Shown here in pieces: positions 59,601 to 64,000 of a DNA stretch of 64,000 nt. The notes beneath the pieces are model-generated. The model saw only the letters and a program-made list of their open reading frames with translations. It was not told the origin of the DNA and ran no database searches. The stretch covers positions 960,001 to 1,024,000 of the forward strand of contig CM000434.1 of NCBI GenBank assembly GCA_000165345.1. Reading direction: 5' to 3'. Within the stretch, counting starts at the first letter, position 1; every line of letters starts with the position of its first letter. The translations under genes and the position numbers were made by a program.

Positions 59601-62423
59601 GTTTCAGGACAGAATTTGTTTAAGCCAATAAGTCCAAAACACTATAACAATAGAAATGAAGATGATTTTCAGAATTTACTTGAAAAAGTTAACCGACTAT
59701 TAGATCATGATTCTTTTCTGGAAAGCTCAGAAGCTGCAGAACTTAGATCTCAGTATATTTTAAGACGAATTAAGGAGAATAACTGCATAAAAAACACTAA
59801 TCATAACCAACCTCCTTTGGTAAACCCATCCCATTTTTCCAACTCTATCAGATTTTCATTTATTGGTAAAGTTTGTAGTATTGAATTTTACCTTTATAAT
59901 CCTCTTTCATTTCCAATAGTTTGTGAATCTCTACAAATATGGGGTCATTTAAGACTTCATGATGGATCTACTGCTAATAACCATACTATTAAAGATACTG
60001 GTAACTATAATATTGATCAGCCATCTAAAGGAACAGTTTTCTTTGAAAAATCTATTATTCTTAATCCTAATGAAACAATAATCCAGAAACTTTCTGTTAT
60101 TCCTTTTGAAGCTGGAGAATTATTCCTTGTTGGTATTTCATTCCTTTTAGATGGAAAAATACCAATTAGACAAAACTTTGGAACTACTTATATTAATCTT
60201 GACAGACGAATCTCATCTAAAATTGCACAAAATGCAAACCTTAATTTTTCCAACTCCAATAAAGAACACTTTGGAATACAAAGAATTAATATTCTTGGGC
60301 ACTCAAATAGTTCAACCATACATTTTGGAAATATCTCACAAAAATTACTCAATTCTAATCTTTTAATTAATTTGTCTCAAGATCAAGGTATCGATAGGTA
60401 TCGTAATTCTCAAGATCCACATAAAATAAAAGATGATCCAATTGAAAAGAATTCACCTGTTTTATATTCAGGAGTTTCATATACAATTCCAATAAGTATA
60501 TCCAATGAAAAAAATAACACCAATACTTCTTTAAAGGGTTCTACTTTGTTAGTAATTCCACATTTTTCCAATAATTTTAATATCCAAATGAGTTATAAAA
60601 ATCCTCCTCCTGAAATGCATAACTCAACTATTAATTTTAATAATTCCGGTTGTATTTTTAAACTACCAAATATTGAATTTCAAAAAGATCATGAATTTTA
60701 TCTTACATTATGGGTCAACTCTCAATGTTCTGGTAATGTTTACTTTTTGTTACTTAATTCCAATAAGCCATATGAAAATCTTGGAGTATCTGGTGATATC
60801 CCTTTATCTTCATCGTCATCATTGTTATCTTCCCCATCTTCTTCTTCAAGATCTAAAACTAATAGAAGTATTGTATTTGCCAGCTTATGTTTCTATTTCA
60901 GGGATTCTGTATCAATGTCTTGTACTGTTTTACCAGGGGAAGAGGAAACATTAAACAAACTTCTGCTTAGAATTAGAAACCAAGTTCCTAAAGAATTATT
61001 AATTTATGATATCTCTGCCTATCCAAGTAAATGGGTTGAAAAATACGATACAGAATTAAAAACGAATATTATTCAACAAACCCCAACTTTAACGTTATCT
61101 TTAAAAAATAATTCATCCAAAGAGTTTCTTAATGGAAATTTTTCTTCAAGTTATCAAATTAAGAGAATACCTCCGAATGGAACTTACCAGATCTTTTTGA
61201 ATCTTGAAACCAAAGATAAAATTACTTTTTCTATTTCAAAAATTAACCTAGTATTATCATGGATACTTAATGAAAATGATCAATCTTTAGATCATATTCA
61301 TTCTAATCATCCTCTTTCTGGACAAATCTCTATATATAATATTAATCTATTCGATCCTTATTCGATACCTTTTAATGGTAACAAAAATGATCAAGATAAA
61401 TATCAACCACTCTCTATTTCTATTAATATTAAAGATATTGATAATTTATCTGATCATTCTCCATTAAATGGAGATATTCATCTTGTTGAGACTAATATTA
61501 CATTAACAAATATTACAATACATTCAATTATTATCTGTAGTTTAATATGTAATTCCAAATTTCTTACATCCCAAGGCCTCCAAGATGATCTTCTATTACC
61601 TTCAGAATCTATTATTCAAAATCAAAATAACCAAGAAAATTCTACTATTTTAACTCAAGATGATCAAAATTTCTATCTAAATCAATCTATTTCTTCAGCA
61701 TTAGAATCTGGTGAACTTAAATGGGTTGGACCAACTGTTACCCATATTCAATTATATCCAAGATCATCTAAAAGATTAAAATTGATAGCAGTTGTTCCAT
61801 TTAAAGGTATATTTTCAACAAATACAATACAATTATTGATTAGAGAGAAATATCCATTCTTTCCTAATTATATTAAAACTGGTAATAAAGGAGATCTCAA
61901 GAATTATACCCATAAAAACTATAATTATAATATATTCTTTTATATTAGTTATATGAATTGGATACCTAAAATATTTATAAATTCAAATGACAAACTAATT
62001 TCTAGGTACCCTATAAAAACTGATCAAGATTATCTAATCCATACATTTTCTTTTTCTAAAGGAAAATCAAGTTATAGTGATAAGAACAATAATAGAAGCC
62101 TACTTCCAGCTTATATAGAGAATAAGGCTAATTCTAATAAGAAAACTGGAATATATGAATCGGATACAAAATCCTCTATTGAAGCTAAATCTAAAGAAAA
62201 CCTATTTATCCAACAAGATCATATTAGTAATATTAATAAACTAAATATAACAATTCTTGATAAATGGCTTAAAAATAACGAAATAGCCTTCGATAATGGA
62301 GGTAACATTAAAATGATCAATAATTCTAATGTATATAAAACTGTAAATCTTCCCCAAAACTATCTAAAGAGGAGACTAATCGTCCAAAGATCTCATCAAT
62401 CTTACTTTCTCATTAGAATGTAG
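56628..62423 (+). CDS. TRAPPC9: TRAPPII-specific subunit Trs120/TRAPPC9-like protein (about 1,930 aa).
   Basis: 'RLVADLCLVSGIYSQSIHYYKQILSEYKLDKSFLHIGSAFFSMAIAEIL' aligns with human TRAPPC9 '[48 protein letters not shown]'. Further on, 'FYLYNPLSFPIVCESLQIWG' aligns with 'LMVYNPMPFELRVENMGLL'. The track's start at 56619 is a GTG; the first ATG is at 56628. TTGGCGCCAA lies at 56549..56558 upstream. Confidence 0.65.
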   Translation: MQRDVNLRRYILQVFSSPNVVAFASEKARNILDNEFGVSLNSLLRPLGVESPSKFLWPPNETSKRSEEYTLDYNWQNRICRESCPAFLSLKEVFQNKPKGSPNIWTPQNTIEEITITMQDKEYRNDHFEVRFISLCDHEKIIPENDNQTIYCTNLEAIKSYGDFIKQFPYNDLISSSLLYSGGKQFESMFKEFLQDDFEINVNDDVIEFNSELPFWFERWLEAFNEKFNFLNHESISQPIGGIVFVDISEDDPIESIIEITNSLKTGKNFEKLGGNPGYYLFGKKSHLGFINHSNYLSDTCKITKPHYLQESYLNDFPLIYIFINDEKSNFDLMETDHNIISSFKLSFPESICYIWNIKGHNALGEIQDPSKIVWPGTFSHPFKDFNPTFSANRFFDCNEMEQLNSFIIDSIKNSFVPWLEDTINRLCNHVIQSRKGLKNHLRILWRRPRNDTSSNSDGLLSNLGVGSTFSNIEERSQIFEHEISLFSSKSSSNGNNSYKGSNTSTCVYYSSGSLEGQTRLVADLCLVSGIYSQSIHYYKQILSEYKLDKSFLHIGSAFFSMAIAEILSDFDLETVTEYCTNSSNSFLKSTDEIGTISAIKSLLFLSLVILNSFNYKKRSQDHITTQDVNSFMINNVCKNIVNALSKISNEFQISQPNLRPRSLFSINKMDSQDHSKDSITNQYLSDLKSISDISNIYRENCILSIFGVINYVISRVLYLSSSLSNLNFRIHLDPINLSHCWSIHTAQAAQVFQDLGLFGISLKHYLTILLHMDRFSYKHIHRYLKLNSARLCQKLSLLAQSTLLYSSLILDIINDKISSNNVIHSNQNSNPETLWFQTNESNSLSLVNEQEIEISLICYREFIRSFVIYKQGGLKSITPSSEQNELFSTILSNKFSNLSLSQTPSTFLKIPLPLLLAVGAVLILETDYESLFKAFGKKENNTINQTKCTCNEKIPNILDQKKFCNHYFKPMNIEVPGTILRSRSQNENFQVSGQNLFKPISPKHYNNRNEDDFQNLLEKVNRLLDHDSFLESSEAAELRSQYILRRIKENNCIKNTNHNQPPLVNPSHFSNSIRFSFIGKVCSIEFYLYNPLSFPIVCESLQIWGHLRLHDGSTANNHTIKDTGNYNIDQPSKGTVFFEKSIILNPNETIIQKLSVIPFEAGELFLVGISFLLDGKIPIRQNFGTTYINLDRRISSKIAQNANLNFSNSNKEHFGIQRINILGHSNSSTIHFGNISQKLLNSNLLINLSQDQGIDRYRNSQDPHKIKDDPIEKNSPVLYSGVSYTIPISISNEKNNTNTSLKGSTLLVIPHFSNNFNIQMSYKNPPPEMHNSTINFNNSGCIFKLPNIEFQKDHEFYLTLWVNSQCSGNVYFLLLNSNKPYENLGVSGDIPLSSSSSLLSSPSSSSRSKTNRSIVFASLCFYFRDSVSMSCTVLPGEEETLNKLLLRIRNQVPKELLIYDISAYPSKWVEKYDTELKTNIIQQTPTLTLSLKNNSSKEFLNGNFSSSYQIKRIPPNGTYQIFLNLETKDKITFSISKINLVLSWILNENDQSLDHIHSNHPLSGQISIYNINLFDPYSIPFNGNKNDQDKYQPLSISINIKDIDNLSDHSPLNGDIHLVETNITLTNITIHSIIICSLICNSKFLTSQGLQDDLLLPSESIIQNQNNQENSTILTQDDQNFYLNQSISSALESGELKWVGPTVTHIQLYPRSSKRLKLIAVVPFKGIFSTNTIQLLIREKYPFFPNYIKTGNKGDLKNYTHKNYNYNIFFYISYMNWIPKIFINSNDKLISRYPIKTDQDYLIHTFSFSKGKSSYSDKNNNRSLLPAYIENKANSNKKTGIYESDTKSSIEAKSKENLFIQQDHISNINKLNITILDKWLKNNEIAFDNGGNIKMINNSNVYKTVNLPQNYLKRRLIVQRSHQSYFLIRM

Positions 62424-62743
62424 TCAAAAAGATCCACTTGATAATTTTAAGTACGAAATTTCCTGTTTTAAAATAAATTATTACTATTATTATTATTATT
62501 ATTACTTTCTACTAAAAAAAGAATCTAAAAGACTAAGGATGTGTATTAAAGCTAGAAATGCATGCATGCATGCAATTATAACGGTATCGATTAAACCAGC
62601 TTAAGAATTTTCTTTTCTTGAGGGTGAAAAAAAAAAATTCACTCCTAGATTATCTCATTTTCTGTTGTATTCCTTTCTTAGAGTGTTACAAAAGTCCTGA
62701 ATATACTAAACTTAGTAAACATGTAATTAAAAAAATCAATAAT

Positions 62744-63334
62744 TTATCGATTTGCTTTAGCAACACGTTCTACCTCATCCTTTCTCTTAATAGCATAGCT
62801 ATTTGGATTTTCCTTGGCACAGTTCATAATTTCATCAGCCAAGCATTCAGCAATGGTCTTGATGTTTCTGAAAGCCTGAGTACGAGCACCAGTACAAATA
62901 AGATAAATAGCTTGGTTGACACGTCTCAATGGTGAAACGTCAACAGCTTGACGTCTGACAGCACCAGCAGAACCAATACTAGTAGAATCTTCACGAGGAC
63001 CTCCATTCTTAACAGCATCTACAAAGACTTGAATTGGATTTTGATCAGTGACGAGATGAATAATATCAAAAGCAGCACGAACTATACGTATAGCCTGGTT
63101 CTTTTTACCATTGTTTCTACCATGCATCATTAAAGAACATACAAGTCTTTCAACAATTGGGCAAAGAGCCTTTCTAAAACGCTTAACTTGGTATCTACCT
63201 GCAGTAACTGGAGCATATACGCAAGCCTTGTCCTTGACGGCAATGTAATCTACAAGAGATAAGTCAGAAACATTGACATCGTCATAAGACCACTTGCCGA
63301 ATAATTTAACATCAGAAGTAGAGAAAGTTGCCAT
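62744..63334 (-). CDS. RPS5: 40S ribosomal protein S5 (uS7).
   Basis: '[25 protein letters not shown]...[27 protein letters not shown]...[40 protein letters not shown]...[13 protein letters not shown]...[19 protein letters not shown]' is nearly collinear with human RPS5. Confidence 0.9.
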   Translation of the reverse strand: MATFSTSDVKLFGKWSYDDVNVSDLSLVDYIAVKDKACVYAPVTAGRYQVKRFRKALCPIVERLVCSLMMHGRNNGKKNQAIRIVRAAFDIIHLVTDQNPIQVFVDAVKNGGPREDSTSIGSAGAVRRQAVDVSPLRRVNQAIYLICTGARTQAFRNIKTIAECLADEIMNCAKENPNSYAIKRKDEVERVAKANR

Positions 63335-63649
63335 TTTGACTTCGTTTCTTAAACCAATTTTTTTAAATTAATTAATCCTTAAAAGTCTTTCCTTCTTAGT
63401 AAACTTGTACTAGAAATTCTCAACAAAGCTAATTCCTCTCAATTTAAAAAGCCTTTCTTGATTTATTTGTCAAATATTTTCTATTAGTTTTAATAGGTAG
63501 ACACGAAAATGTGTTTATTGAATAAATTTATTAATATTATTTTTTTAAAAAAATTTATTTTAAATTAAAAATTATTTATTTTATTTATTAATATTGTTTT
63601 ACTATGACTCGTCTAAATAAGCCGTCTCAAATATACATTCAGCGTGGAA

Positions 63650-63674
63650 TGCCCGCCTAAATTTTGGGCGGGCA
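63650..63674. promoter_or_regulatory. Inverted pair of E2F-like motifs (gcccgcctaaattttgggcgggc) about 320 nt upstream of RPS5.
   Basis: CCCGCC and GGCGGG arms flank 'taaattttg'. This resembles 'gcccgcccaaaatggcccgcc' upstream of RPL10. Confidence 0.5.
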
Positions 63675-63741
63675 GTTGGAATCATTAATATTAAATGTGG
63701 GAGAAAAAATTAAATGATTTTAATTAATTTGTTTAGAATAA

Positions 63742-64000
63742 TTAAAAATGATTATTAGTATTACTACTACTACTGCTATTACTACAATTTTTAGTATTTT
63801 GGTGATTACGCCTAGAATTTGGATAGATTCTTGTTGTAGTTCTTTCATTATCCTCTAAATGGTGTGAAGAGTTCCATTTAATACAAATACACACTCGTCT
63901 CGGATTATTTTGAGAATAGTCTTTGTGGCTAGTATCTTCATATTGTCTAATATTGTGGTCATACAATACAATCTGACTAATTGCGCAATTTTCACACGGG
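63742..64000 (-). CDS. 3'-terminal part of a minus-strand CDS whose 5' end lies beyond the window; K/N/S-rich tail.
   Basis: The frame is open from the window end down to the stop at 63742..63744. The track's 'M' at 63966 is a TTG codon. Composition is low-complexity, so this may not be coding. Confidence 0.3.
   Translation of the reverse strand, partial: PCENCAISQIVLYDHNIRQYEDTSHKDYSQNNPRRVCICIKWNSSHHLEDNERTTTRIYPNSRRNHQNTKNCSNSSSSSNTNNHF

Noticed and set aside
62558-62576. (ATGC)n and TGCATGCA occurrences taken as evidence of transposon ends or inverted terminal repeats.
   Set aside because: The palindromes are short, unpaired with a distant partner and have no target-site duplication. 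They match the known AP2-type regulatory word that is frequent across all spacers in this window.
1-64000. A prokaryotic reading of the window (operons, defence islands, CRISPR arrays, phage or transposon genes).
   Set aside because: Gene content is eukaryotic (RPL10/uL16 of eukaryotic type, RPS5, kinesin, formin, Ndc80, calcineurin A, TRAPPC9). Genes carry GTAAGT…YAG introns. There are no Shine-Dalgarno-spaced operons. The only tandem repeats are in-frame coding microsatellites, not repeat-spacer arrays.
1-64000. Alternative genetic code (ciliate-type TAA/TAG = Gln), suggested by the A+T richness and Q/N-rich proteins.
   Set aside because: Under the standard code the window has many very long uninterrupted ORFs (up to 3,819 codons). 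These end at TAA or TAG exactly where homologs end (RPL10, RPS5, GPN3, calcineurin), so the standard nuclear code fits.

Overview
This 64-kb window is A+T-rich, gene-dense eukaryotic nuclear DNA, not prokaryotic. Genes lie on both strands, most coding regions are single long ORFs, and the few introns are short spliceosomal ones of the GTAAGT...YAG type. The gene content is eukaryotic housekeeping and cytoskeleton: ribosomal proteins L10 and S5, a calcineurin A phosphatase, kinesin-5, a formin, kinetochore Ndc80, Rad6-type E2, Dre2/anamorsin, Mo25/CAB39, GPN3 GTPase, TRAPPC9/Trs120 and a TBC RabGAP. Compact intergenic spacers carry recurring E2F-like (TTTGGCGGGAAA, TTGGCGCCAA) and TGCATGCA motifs. 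Together these point to an apicomplexan, most consistent with Cryptosporidium; that is an inference from sequence features, not a database hit. I call about 24 protein-coding genes, three of them carrying introns that the six-frame track does not show. No rRNA, tRNA, transposon or CRISPR was recognised. The most notable items are three. First, a 140-aa EF-hand (myosin-light-chain-like) gene with six exons that the ORF track misses entirely; it sits head-to-head with an intronless paralog and shares its promoter. Second, a single uninterrupted 3,819-codon ORF that joins a USP7-like MATH+USP module to an RluA-family pseudouridine-synthase-like module. Third, a set of repeated promoter words: an 18-nt element shared by two promoters, an ACCGGTATTGCAAGAAA word, a palindromic double E2F site in a bidirectional promoter, and a GCCCGCC..AAATTTTGG word upstream of both ribosomal-protein genes. 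Coordinates for features I derived by hand (exon boundaries, motif positions) may be off by 1-2 nt.
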